From a virus (Duplodnaviria; Caudoviricetes): a DNA stretch of 35,956 nt. Location of the stretch: IMG/VR virus record IMGVR_UViG_3300042465_003730, positions 1-35,956 of that record; one strand, 5' to 3'. Numbering within the stretch: position 1 is the first letter of the stretch; every line of letters starts with the position of its first letter. The translations under genes were made by a program, and so were the position numbers. The notes beneath the pieces are model-generated. The model saw only the letters and a list, made by a program, of their open reading frames with translations, was not told the origin of the DNA and ran no database searches. This document shows positions 27,170 to 35,550 of this stretch, piece by piece.

Positions 27170-27811
27170 ATGGCAGATGGCGTTTACAAAATCACGGAAG
27201 CGTTTGAAGAAAAGGTTGCTGAGTACACAGGCGCACCATACTGTGTGGCGGTCGATAACTGCTGCAACGCTTTGTTTCTGGCGCTTACCTATGAACGCGT
27301 GGCTGGAACAACGATTAGGCTACCCGCAAGAACCTATCCAGGCGTTCCTTGTGAAGTGATCCATGCCGGTGCAAAGGTTGACTTTTATCCTGTGGAAGGA
27401 AGAACGATCAAAGGCGCGTATCAACTGGCACCGACGAAGGTGTTTGATGCTGCGCTTTCGTTTACCGCCAACATGTATGTGAAAGGCTCGCATATGTGCG
27501 TGTCATTCACCGGGCCTTATAAGCACTTAAAGCTTGGCAAGGGCGGCGCCATACTTACCGATGACTATGCCGCCATGCTGTGGTTTAAGCGGGCGCGTTT
27601 CAGCGGGCGGCGCGAGTGTTCGTATCACGACGATCATTTCGACATGATCGGCTGGAACTTTTACATGATGCCGGACGTGGCAGCGCGTGGTCTGTTGCTC
27701 ATGAATCAGTTTTGGAATCGTGATGGATCGCCAAAGGTGATGGAGGATATTGAGATGAGCTACCCGGATTTATCCAAGTTTCCTGTTTACGCATTTGGGG
27801 GTGAGAAATGA
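27170..27811 (+). CDS. Short DegT/DnrJ/EryC1/StrS-family PLP-dependent sugar aminotransferase
   Basis: FEEKVAEYTGAPYCVAVDNCCNALFLAL, FDAA, SFTGPYKHLKLGKGGAILTDD (PLP Lys), GWNFYM. Confidence 0.85.
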   Translation: MADGVYKITEAFEEKVAEYTGAPYCVAVDNCCNALFLALTYERVAGTTIRLPARTYPGVPCEVIHAGAKVDFYPVEGRTIKGAYQLAPTKVFDAALSFTANMYVKGSHMCVSFTGPYKHLKLGKGGAILTDDYAAMLWFKRARFSGRRECSYHDDHFDMIGWNFYMMPDVAARGLLLMNQFWNRDGSPKVMEDIEMSYPDLSKFPVYAFGGEK

Positions 27812-28227
27812 GCAGAGAAGCTATGAAGCTGGCGCTTGAGGCGTTGGTACAACTGGATGGCATAGACACAGAAACAGAGTGCGTGACAATTGACGTTGAC
27901 GACGTAATCACCGCCCTGCGCCAAGCACTGGAGACAGAGCCGTTTGAATACTGGAACGCAGTTGAAGGGTGGGTAAAAATTGATGAGGTGCGTGAGCATT
28001 TCGATGCTGTAGGGTGTGGAACCATTTACAAGTCTGCTGGCGAAGGTCGATCACCGCTTTACACCGCACCACCAAAGCAATGGGTTGGTCTTACCGCAGA
28101 TGAAATTTGGAAGTGCAACAGATCAGAGGCTGGAAATGCTGTGGAGTTTCACATTTGCTCCGCACATCAGAACGTGATGGATTTTGCCGAAGCCATCGAA
28201 GCCAAGCTGCGGGAGAAGAACACATGA
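27808..28227 (+). CDS. Modular hypothetical protein (…PLYTAPP.WVGLT.DEI…AIEAKLREKN)
   Basis: Coupled ORF; shares modules with the next gene. Confidence 0.75.
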   Translation: MSREAMKLALEALVQLDGIDTETECVTIDVDDVITALRQALETEPFEYWNAVEGWVKIDEVREHFDAVGCGTIYKSAGEGRSPLYTAPPKQWVGLTADEIWKCNRSEAGNAVEFHICSAHQNVMDFAEAIEAKLREKNT

Positions 28228-28574
28228 GCGAAAACAAAAACGCAAAGACACCAGCAGATGACGGTCAGCCAGTGGCGTGGATGCACACAACCGGAACAGG
28301 GCATGTGTATTTCCGCAAAAAGCCACAGGATAAAGTGTTCAACCCACAGCCTGTGTTCACATCGCCACCAAAGCGTGAATGGGTTGGGCTGACGGATGAG
28401 GAGATACAAGATTTAGGTTATCTGTCCGAAAAGTTTGATGCAAGTAATTCAGAGTGGTTTGATCGATGGGGATTTGCCAGAGCCATTGAAGCCAAGCTAA
28501 AGGAGAAGAACGGCGGTGAATATCGTAACGGGGCTACGACTGAAAGAACCAGGCTAAAGGAGAAGAATCAATGA
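28224..28574 (+). CDS. Modular hypothetical protein, paralogous C-terminus
   Basis: QPVAWM…TSPPKREWVGLTDEEI…AIEAKLKEKN; ATG 28224 coupled. Confidence 0.75.
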   Translation: MSENKNAKTPADDGQPVAWMHTTGTGHVYFRKKPQDKVFNPQPVFTSPPKREWVGLTDEEIQDLGYLSEKFDASNSEWFDRWGFARAIEAKLKEKNGGEYRNGATTERTRLKEKNQ

Positions 28575-29227
28575 GTGGCGATCACAACATGTATCAAAAG
28601 GCAAAACGCAAAAACCAGTACGTCATCTTTGGTTCAGGAGGGCTTGCCAAGGAGCTGATCGCCTACATCGAGGAGGAAGGCACGCACGAGGTGGTGTGCG
28701 TGGTATCGACGGAACCTTTTAACAATAAGCGTTATGCCGCCAGGTATCCCGTGGTGGAAAGCATTAGAGAAGGCGCGTTTCCTGGCGCTGAATTCCTGTT
28801 AGCCGTGGCGGACCCCGATGTAAAGCAAGCCATTGTCGCCAAGAACGAAGAGCGATGGGGGACATATATCCACAGCACTTGTACGGTATCGCCATACGCG
28901 AAGATTGGTAAGGGTTGCGTTTTAGCGCCGCAAGTGATCGTCACAGCGGATGCCTGGATCAACGATTTTGTGTTCATGAACACCAATGCAACGGTTGGGC
29001 ATGACTCGGTGATTCACGCATGGACAACCATGTTTCCGAACACGGAAGTGTGCGGCGATTGCGTGATTGGTGTATCGGTGATCATGGGCATTGGTTCCTA
29101 TGTTTTACCGGGCAAAGAAATAGCCAACCGCGTGAAGATTTCAGCGGGTTCGATTGTCCGCCATCACTTCAAAGGTCCGGTGCATGAGGGCGTTGTGCTG
29201 CAAGGCAATCCAGCGGCGCCGAGATGA
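28571..29227 (+). CDS. Sugar acetyltransferase, PglD/NeuD/PerB family (left-handed beta-helix)
   Basis: VIFGSGGLAKE N-domain, hexapeptide repeats, NTNATVGHD catalytic His, GNPA C-terminus. Confidence 0.88.
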   Translation: MSGDHNMYQKAKRKNQYVIFGSGGLAKELIAYIEEEGTHEVVCVVSTEPFNNKRYAARYPVVESIREGAFPGAEFLLAVADPDVKQAIVAKNEERWGTYIHSTCTVSPYAKIGKGCVLAPQVIVTADAWINDFVFMNTNATVGHDSVIHAWTTMFPNTEVCGDCVIGVSVIMGIGSYVLPGKEIANRVKISAGSIVRHHFKGPVHEGVVLQGNPAAPR

Positions 29228-31278
29228 ATGCAGAATTATTAGCCGCAGCGCTTGGTAACGCCAAGCGCTACAAGAGGGGGTGGCTTGCGTCTTGCCCTGT
29301 GCCAGGCCATGGCAACGGCAAAGGTGATCGAAATCCATCATTAGCAATTACGCAAGTCGGTGAGAAGTTTCTATTCAAGTGCTTTGGCGGGTGCGATCAG
29401 GAGGATGTGTTTGCCGCCATCAAGCCGCACTTACCCAATTCGCTGAACTGGAATCGTCCTTTAGTTGCGCGTGATCCTTTATCGGGCATCAGGCCGATTG
29501 TGCCGCCAACGATGAAAGAAGTGATGGCATGGGATTACATCGATGAGAATGGCGAAGTCACCGCGCAAAAGGTCAGGTATGACGTTGAAGGTGGCGGTAA
29601 GACGTACCGCCAATATCACCTGATCAATGGCGAGCGGGTGCCAACGATTAGAAACTGGACGCCGATACCGTTTGGCTTACAGCTCATGATTGCCAGGCCC
29701 ACGGCGCCGGTATTTGTAACCGAGGGCGAAAAGGCCGCAGAGTTTTTGGTTGGCATGTTCGATGTGGTCGCTATATCGGCGCACGCGGGTTCCTCTGAGT
29801 GGCCTGCCGCCATCACACCATGGTTTCATGGTCGCCTGGTGGTTGTGCTGCCGGATAACGACAGACCTGGTTGGAAGTACGCCAGGCGCGTTGTGCGTGA
29901 CTTGTTTGGCGTAGCGCAAGCAATCAAAGTGGTGGACTTAGCCGATGACGAGTCAGCCATTGGTGATGACGCTGAGGAGTTTATCGGACGCGGGTTCACG
30001 TTTGAGGAGTTCGTTAAACGCGTGGCGGAAGCCAGCGTGATTGACGATTTCGAGCTAATTACACCGCCACAGCGATTGGTGATTGATGAGAGCGCAGAAA
30101 CGGAACCGGAATCCGTTGTTCCTGAGCGTGAACCGTTTGCTGAAGTCATCGAGGCGCAGGAAGCGCAGCGTTACAGGGTTGAGATGTGGCGTGATGCGAA
30201 GGATGAGCCGGTCAAGTGGTTGGTGGATAGGATTGTGCCGGAGAAGGGATTCATGGCGCTCTATGGCCCACCAGGCACGTTCAAATCGTTTATCGCGTTG
30301 CACTTAGCCGCCATGATCGCCAGTGGGGATTCGTGGCTGGCGCACGAAGTTCCGAGTGCGGGTGAAGTCTTATACATCGCCGGTGAAGGGCATGGCGGGA
30401 TTGGCACAAGGATTTCGGGTTTACGCCATGCGTATGAACTCAAGGACATTCCGGTTGGCGTCATTCGTTCACAAGTCAACTTAAGGTCATCTGATCAGGA
30501 CTTTGCTGATTTGATTGCCGCCATCAGAGCGTCCGAAATTCAGCGTCCGAAATTGATCATTATTGATACCTTAGCCCGCGCTTTTGGCGGCGGAAACGAG
30601 AACGCGTCCGAGGATATGGGAAGTTTCATCAGTAACTGTGGACGCTTGCAGGAAGCCACGGGCGCAGCACTCCTGGTTGTCCACCACTCAGGTAAGGATG
30701 CTTCATTAGGGTTGCGCGGTCACTCCAGCTTTCTAGGTGCAGTGGATACGCAAATTGAGATTACCCGCCATATCGATCAGATGTCAGGCACGCTCAAAGT
30801 CACCAAGCAAAAGGATGGCAAGGACGGTGTGGAGATTCACTTCTCCATGGAAACGGTGAACTTTGATGAACCCGCAACGTCTGCTGCCAAGCTAAACCTT
30901 GGATTTGATGATGACCAGGCCAGCACGCTAGTGGTCAAACCCTTTGAGGGTGAGCTACCCGATGGCGTTGGATATAAGCCGCCACAAAGCGCAAAGCCCA
31001 ACGCAGGAAGGGGTAAGCACCAATCGATGGGCAGGGAAGCGTTACGCCACATCATTAAGACGGAAGGGCAATACCAGATCGTGCAAGGAGAACGCCATCG
31101 CGTGGTGACGCTTGAGCGTTGGCGGGATGAGGTATACGCCAGGCTTGGAAGCGATGTGGAGGATAGCGATAAGCGAAAGCGTTGGAAGGAAGTGAAGGAC
31201 AAGTTAGTTGAGCTTGAGTTTGCCGCCATAAGGAACGATTTGGTGTGGATCAGACCGATTAACCAGGAAGGGTTTTGA
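29224..31278 (+). CDS. Fused primase-helicase (Zn finger + TOPRIM + RepA/AAA_25 helicase)
   Basis: CPVPGH…CFGGC; VTEGEKAA…PDND; Walker A GPPGTFKS; IIIDT; VHHSGKD..GLRGHS. Confidence 0.9.
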   Translation: MNAELLAAALGNAKRYKRGWLASCPVPGHGNGKGDRNPSLAITQVGEKFLFKCFGGCDQEDVFAAIKPHLPNSLNWNRPLVARDPLSGIRPIVPPTMKEVMAWDYIDENGEVTAQKVRYDVEGGGKTYRQYHLINGERVPTIRNWTPIPFGLQLMIARPTAPVFVTEGEKAAEFLVGMFDVVAISAHAGSSEWPAAITPWFHGRLVVVLPDNDRPGWKYARRVVRDLFGVAQAIKVVDLADDESAIGDDAEEFIGRGFTFEEFVKRVAEASVIDDFELITPPQRLVIDESAETEPESVVPEREPFAEVIEAQEAQRYRVEMWRDAKDEPVKWLVDRIVPEKGFMALYGPPGTFKSFIALHLAAMIASGDSWLAHEVPSAGEVLYIAGEGHGGIGTRISGLRHAYELKDIPVGVIRSQVNLRSSDQDFADLIAAIRASEIQRPKLIIIDTLARAFGGGNENASEDMGSFISNCGRLQEATGAALLVVHHSGKDASLGLRGHSSFLGAVDTQIEITRHIDQMSGTLKVTKQKDGKDGVEIHFSMETVNFDEPATSAAKLNLGFDDDQASTLVVKPFEGELPDGVGYKPPQSAKPNAGRGKHQSMGREALRHIIKTEGQYQIVQGERHRVVTLERWRDEVYARLGSDVEDSDKRKRWKEVKDKLVELEFAAIRNDLVWIRPINQEGF

Positions 31279-31284
31279 TGTTTA

Positions 31285-31472
31285 GCGTCCGAATGTCCGA
31301 AAGTGATGTTTTGGCGTCCGAATTAGCGTGTCCTAAAGTAAATGTTTTGTCCTTTAAGCGTCCGAAAATGCGTCCTGAGCTGTCCGAAAACGCCATCGAA
31401 CAAAATTTCATAGCGTCCGAAATGTGTGTGTGTCTGAAAGACACACATTCGGACGGTGAAATGTTTCGGACG
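31285..31472. repeat. Iteron array and palindrome, candidate replication origin
   Basis: Six GTCCGAA direct copies, two inverted TTCGGAC copies and several degenerate copies directly after the primase-helicase. Confidence 0.75.
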
Positions 31473-31514
31473 TTTGATGTGTGATGTGTGATGTAAAGAG
31501 AAAGGATTTGGGTT

Positions 31515-32174
31515 ATGGCGGCAAAAGATAAGCGCGGGAAGGTGAGAGATGGTTTGTATGACGGATCAGAGGATCGGTTAAAGAATCCGTTTGAGGAGGA
31601 TGATCCGATTGTGTTGGCGATGAATAGTGTGGCGGTCAGTGTGATGAAGCGAAAGCGTGAGGCGGATAAGGTTTGGGGACTTGATCGTTTGGCGGAACTG
31701 GTGAGCGAGGAAACGCGTTTACGGTTTTGGCGGCAACTGTTGCGTTGTAGGGAAGCGAGGAAATCGAGAGACGTTGAGGCGTATCGGTCAGCTTGTGGCG
31801 GCATGCTTAGAGCGTATGACGTGTTGGAGGCTGAAGCGAAGGCGGTGAACGCTGAACCGTTACAGGTGAATGTGATGGAGGGTCAGCGGGATGATGGGAG
31901 CGTGTTTGCGATTTGCGCTGATCCGGCAACTGTCCACGCCTACGCGCAGATGCGTCCTGAGTGTGATTGCTGGACAATGGACGAGGTGGCGTTGATCTTG
32001 CAGCAGGAGTTTTTTACGCAGGCGGTGAACATCAAACGGGTGATGCCAGGTGCTGAAGTGTTGACGCTGATGGAGGAGCAAGATATTGGTCCGGTCTACA
32101 AGGGAAACAGTGAGCAGGCTTACGCGTTGAGCAAGGACGCGTTAGAGGCGATGGAACAAGCGAAAGGTAGGTGA
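31515..32174 (+). CDS. Hypothetical protein
   Basis: 219-aa ORF with SD-like AAAGGA; KVWGLDRLAELVS. Confidence 0.75.
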   Translation: MAAKDKRGKVRDGLYDGSEDRLKNPFEEDDPIVLAMNSVAVSVMKRKREADKVWGLDRLAELVSEETRLRFWRQLLRCREARKSRDVEAYRSACGGMLRAYDVLEAEAKAVNAEPLQVNVMEGQRDDGSVFAICADPATVHAYAQMRPECDCWTMDEVALILQQEFFTQAVNIKRVMPGAEVLTLMEEQDIGPVYKGNSEQAYALSKDALEAMEQAKGR

Positions 32175-32177
32175 GTA

Positions 32178-32759
32178 ATGATGAAAGCAGAAAATCGAAC
32201 TGAGGGCGATCTGACGCGTTTGAGCGGTATTAATGATGCGCAAGGTGATGAAGGCGCGGTGCGCGAAGCGCGTGGCGCGGGATTGAGCAACGCGAAGCGT
32301 AAAGAACTTAGGTCGATTGTGAATCGTGCGGTGCATAAGTTTCCAGGCGGCGAAGAGGGACTGTTTGAGCAGATCGGGAGCGGCGTAAAAGTGTCCGAGT
32401 TAATAGGCGCACTTGGCGTTAGCGAGGGCGCGTTTTATTCGTGGACGGAAACGACTCCTGAGCGCAGCGAAGAATTTACGCGTGCGCGTGCGAGGGCGGC
32501 TCACGTTTTGGCGGAACAAGGGTTGGCGATTGTTGATGGCGCTGACGCGATTACAGCGAACCTGGCGAACGTCAGGGCGCGTTACCGTCAATGGCTCGCT
32601 GGCAAGTGGAATCAGCAGGCCTATGGCGAGAACAAGACGCAAGTAAACGTCCAGGTGAACATCACCGATGCGCACCTGATGGCGAATCGATACCGCGAAA
32701 CCGTCAACGCCGTAAACGTCGATGACAACACCATTGATGTTGCGCCGCACAACGAGTAA
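32178..32759 (+). CDS. Terminase small subunit (Sf6 gp1-like)
   Basis: HTH (VSELIGALGVSEGAFYSW), EEFTRARARAAHVLAEQ, RQWLAGKWN..YGE. Confidence 0.75.
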   Translation: MMKAENRTEGDLTRLSGINDAQGDEGAVREARGAGLSNAKRKELRSIVNRAVHKFPGGEEGLFEQIGSGVKVSELIGALGVSEGAFYSWTETTPERSEEFTRARARAAHVLAEQGLAIVDGADAITANLANVRARYRQWLAGKWNQQAYGENKTQVNVQVNITDAHLMANRYRETVNAVNVDDNTIDVAPHNE

Positions 32760-33040
32760 AGCGTTGTACTGACGCAACGCGTGTCGCGTTTCAACCGCGT
32801 TGCGTTCGCGCAACGCCCCCCCCCGGCAGCATTTCGAGGGGGGCGGCGGTGCCGCGGCACTCCGCACGCGCCCACCTATGCTTCGCATCACGGGCCTCGC
32901 ATAACGGGCCTGATGCCTTGTATAACTGGCCTCGCATACCGACCCCCCCACCATCACCGCTCATCCGTTCGTCGGCTACCAAAAAAAATTTTTGCGTCAA
33001 CGTCACCCATGACCGTAAACGCGGTGTACAGTTACACCAC
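32760..33040. promoter_or_regulatory. Structured non-coding spacer, candidate packaging site and/or recombination site
   Basis: Alternative hairpins, C9/G6 tracts, 14-bp repeats, A8T5 tract, GGTGTA-CAGT-TACACC palindrome. Confidence 0.5.
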
Positions 33041-33062
33041 TGACACAAACACAGGAAACGAG

Positions 33063-33146
33063 ATGAAGTCCAGCACAACAACATTGATCATTGGCGGTGC
33101 CGCATTCGGCGCGTTGTATGCACTGATGATTTGGGTGGCGTTATGA
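33063..33146 (+). CDS. 27-aa single-TM peptide
   Basis: SD AGGA; MKSSTTTLIIGGAAFGALYALMIWVAL; stop coupled to the recombinase ATG. Confidence 0.6.
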   Translation: MKSSTTTLIIGGAAFGALYALMIWVAL

Positions 33147-33799
33147 ATTACGGTTATTTGCGCGTAAGCACTGACGAGCAGGTCAATGGCACAAGCCTTG
33201 ATACGCAACGCAGGGAAGTGACCGGCAACGCGTTAACGCATGGATTGACGGTTGATCGGTTTATTGAGGATGCCGGAGTTTCAGGGCATTTGAATTTTCT
33301 TGATCGATTGGCGGCAAACGGTGTAACGCCACAACCTGGTGATGTGATCATTGTGGCAAAACTGGATCGGTTTAGCCGCAACTCGATGGATACGCTGAAT
33401 ACCGTTCATGCGTTTAAGGAGCGCGGTATTCGTTTGATTATCAACGGGCATGGCGATGTGACCGATGAGAAGAATATTTATGGGCAGTTGATGCTTGAGA
33501 TTATGGCGGCATTTGCTACGCACGAGCGGCGCGTGATTAAGGACCGTCAGCGCGTAGGCCAGGCGGCGAAGCGTCAGGCAGGCGGGCATGTTGGTGGATT
33601 GCCGCCTTTTGGGTATCGCGTTGTGGGTGCTGGCAAGGCAGCAACCCTTGAGCCTGTTGCCGAGCAGCAAGCCGCCATTGCTACGATCAAAGCGTTGAAG
33701 GGGTCCATGTCATTGCGCCAGATTGCCAATGAAGTGATGAAATTGCACGGCGTGACGATTACGCACGCTGGCGTTGCAAAGGTGCTTGGCCGTGAATGA
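33143..33799 (+). CDS. Serine recombinase (resolvase/invertase catalytic domain + short recombinase-type DNA-binding tail)
   Basis: YGYLRVSTDEQ (catalytic Ser), EDAGVSG, VAKLDRFSR, ERRVIKDR, GGLPPFGY, SLRQIA HTH. Confidence 0.92.
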   Translation: MNYGYLRVSTDEQVNGTSLDTQRREVTGNALTHGLTVDRFIEDAGVSGHLNFLDRLAANGVTPQPGDVIIVAKLDRFSRNSMDTLNTVHAFKERGIRLIINGHGDVTDEKNIYGQLMLEIMAAFATHERRVIKDRQRVGQAAKRQAGGHVGGLPPFGYRVVGAGKAATLEPVAEQQAAIATIKALKGSMSLRQIANEVMKLHGVTITHAGVAKVLGRE

Positions 33800-35216
33800 A
33801 GATTTGAAGAACCATGAACTGGTGAAGTTGTTTGCGCGTGCCTTGGATCGGTACGCGAACAACGCACCGCTTTTTGTGCGTGAAGTGATTGGTGTTGAGC
33901 CTGACGTTTGGCAGATTGAGTTTTTGCAGGCTATTTCGGATGGCGAGCGAAAGATTAGCGTCAGGTCCGGTCACGGTGTGGGTAAATCAACCGCAGCGTC
34001 ATGGGCCATGATTTGGTTTGTGCTGTGCCGTTATCCGGTGAAAGTGGTGGTGACCGCGCCAACGACAAGCCAGTTGTATGACGCACTGTTTGCTGAGTTG
34101 AAACGTTGGGTGAAGGAATTGCCTGATGTGTGGCGGCAGTTGCTTGATCCGAAGACAGATCGGATTGAGTTGAAGTCTTCGCCTACGGAAGCGTTCATCT
34201 CCGCCCGTACATCGCGTGCCGAGCAACCTGAAGCGTTGCAGGGTGTGCATTCGGACCATGTGATGCTTGTGGCGGATGAAGCTTCAGGTATTCCTGAGTC
34301 CGTGTTTGAGGCGGCGGCGGGTTCCATGTCAGGCCATAACGCTGTGACGATTCTGTTGGGGAATCCGACGAAATCCAGCGGATTTTTCTTTGATACGCAT
34401 AACCGGTTGAAGGATGAGTGGTGGACACGCCGCGTGTCTTGCTATGACTCCAAAAGAGTCAGCGATGCCTACATCAAGGATATGGCGTCACGCTATGGCG
34501 AAGAGTCCAATGCTTTCCGTGTTCGCGTGTTGGGCGAGTTTCCGCGTACCGATGACGATACGTTGATTGGCGTTGAATTGGTAGATAGCGCGTTTCACCG
34601 TGATGTGGATACAACGGATACACAGACGGTGTGGGGTTTGGATGTGGCGCGATTTGGTACGGATGCCACAGCACTAGCAAAGCGCAAAGGTAATGCGGTG
34701 ACCGAAATACGCAAGTGGCGTGGGCTGGACTTGATGCAGACCACGGGCGCGGTGGTCGCTGAGTACGAGGCCATGAAGCCAGAAGACAGGCCCGTTGAAA
34801 TACTTGTTGATTCGATTGGCTTGGGGGCCGGAGTCGTGGACCGCTTGCGCGAATTGAATCTGCCTGCGCGTGGGATTAACGTGGCTGAGTCACCCGCCAT
34901 GGGAACCATTTATGTGAACTTGCGTGCCGAGCTGTGGGGCAAGATGAAAGCTTGGTTGGAGAAGCGCGATTGCAAATTGCCGAAAGACGAGTCGCTTTTG
35001 GCGGAATTAGTCTCGCCACGGTATTCGTTTAATAGCAACGGGAAGATGAAGCTGGAGAGCAAAGACGAGATGCGAAAGCGCGGGATTGGATCGCCAGATA
35101 TGGCTGACGCTTTGGCGTTGACCTTTGCCAGCGATGCAGGCGTGGCGTTGTACGGCAAAGCGTACAACTCGCAATGGGGCAAGCCGATTAAAAGAAACTT
35201 GAGAGCAGTTGTTTAA
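33792..35216 (+). CDS. terL: Terminase large subunit
   Basis: SVRSGHGVGKS Walker A, LVADEA Walker B, GNPT, nuclease GLDVARFGTD, SPDMADALAL. Confidence 0.93.
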   Translation: MNEDLKNHELVKLFARALDRYANNAPLFVREVIGVEPDVWQIEFLQAISDGERKISVRSGHGVGKSTAASWAMIWFVLCRYPVKVVVTAPTTSQLYDALFAELKRWVKELPDVWRQLLDPKTDRIELKSSPTEAFISARTSRAEQPEALQGVHSDHVMLVADEASGIPESVFEAAAGSMSGHNAVTILLGNPTKSSGFFFDTHNRLKDEWWTRRVSCYDSKRVSDAYIKDMASRYGEESNAFRVRVLGEFPRTDDDTLIGVELVDSAFHRDVDTTDTQTVWGLDVARFGTDATALAKRKGNAVTEIRKWRGLDLMQTTGAVVAEYEAMKPEDRPVEILVDSIGLGAGVVDRLRELNLPARGINVAESPAMGTIYVNLRAELWGKMKAWLEKRDCKLPKDESLLAELVSPRYSFNSNGKMKLESKDEMRKRGIGSPDMADALALTFASDAGVALYGKAYNSQWGKPIKRNLRAVV

Positions 35217-35229
35217 CAAAGGGGTAGCC

Positions 35230-35550
35230 ATGGCAAAGCGAAAAATGCTTAGATCAGAAAGCAAGAAGATGATTTTTGATTACTTAAAAGGATTGAAGAA
35301 TCCTGTGAATGCTTGGCATTTGGCGGCAAAGTTTGATATGACCACCAAAAGGATTGATCAACTCATGACCGAATTGGCGGGGGACGATTTGATTGTCAAA
35401 TCCAAGGGTATAAAAAACGTCGACATACCTTGGAAGAAAGTGATGGTGAACTATTTCGAGGTGAAAGAGGAATACAAAACTTTTAAGCCGCGTAAGCCTA
35501 AAGCGCCCATGCTGTGGCATAACCCATTTGGATTGGGGGCAAGAGTATGA
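35230..35550 (+). CDS. Winged-helix-like DNA-binding protein
   Basis: IFDYLK…VNAWHLAAKFDMTTKRIDQLMTELAGDDLI. Confidence 0.6.
   Translation: MAKRKMLRSESKKMIFDYLKGLKNPVNAWHLAAKFDMTTKRIDQLMTELAGDDLIVKSKGIKNVDIPWKKVMVNYFEVKEEYKTFKPRKPKAPMLWHNPFGLGARV

Noticed and set aside
31259-31804. ORFs across the iteron region (31275-31484 + and 31259-31804 -)
   Set aside because: Better explained by DNA repeats and by antisense to the 31515 gene; no motifs.
32400-33146. Long ORFs crossing the terS spacer (32781-33146 +, 32400-32957 -)
   Set aside because: Low-complexity translations of structured DNA; only the 27-aa peptide from 33063 has an SD and coupling.
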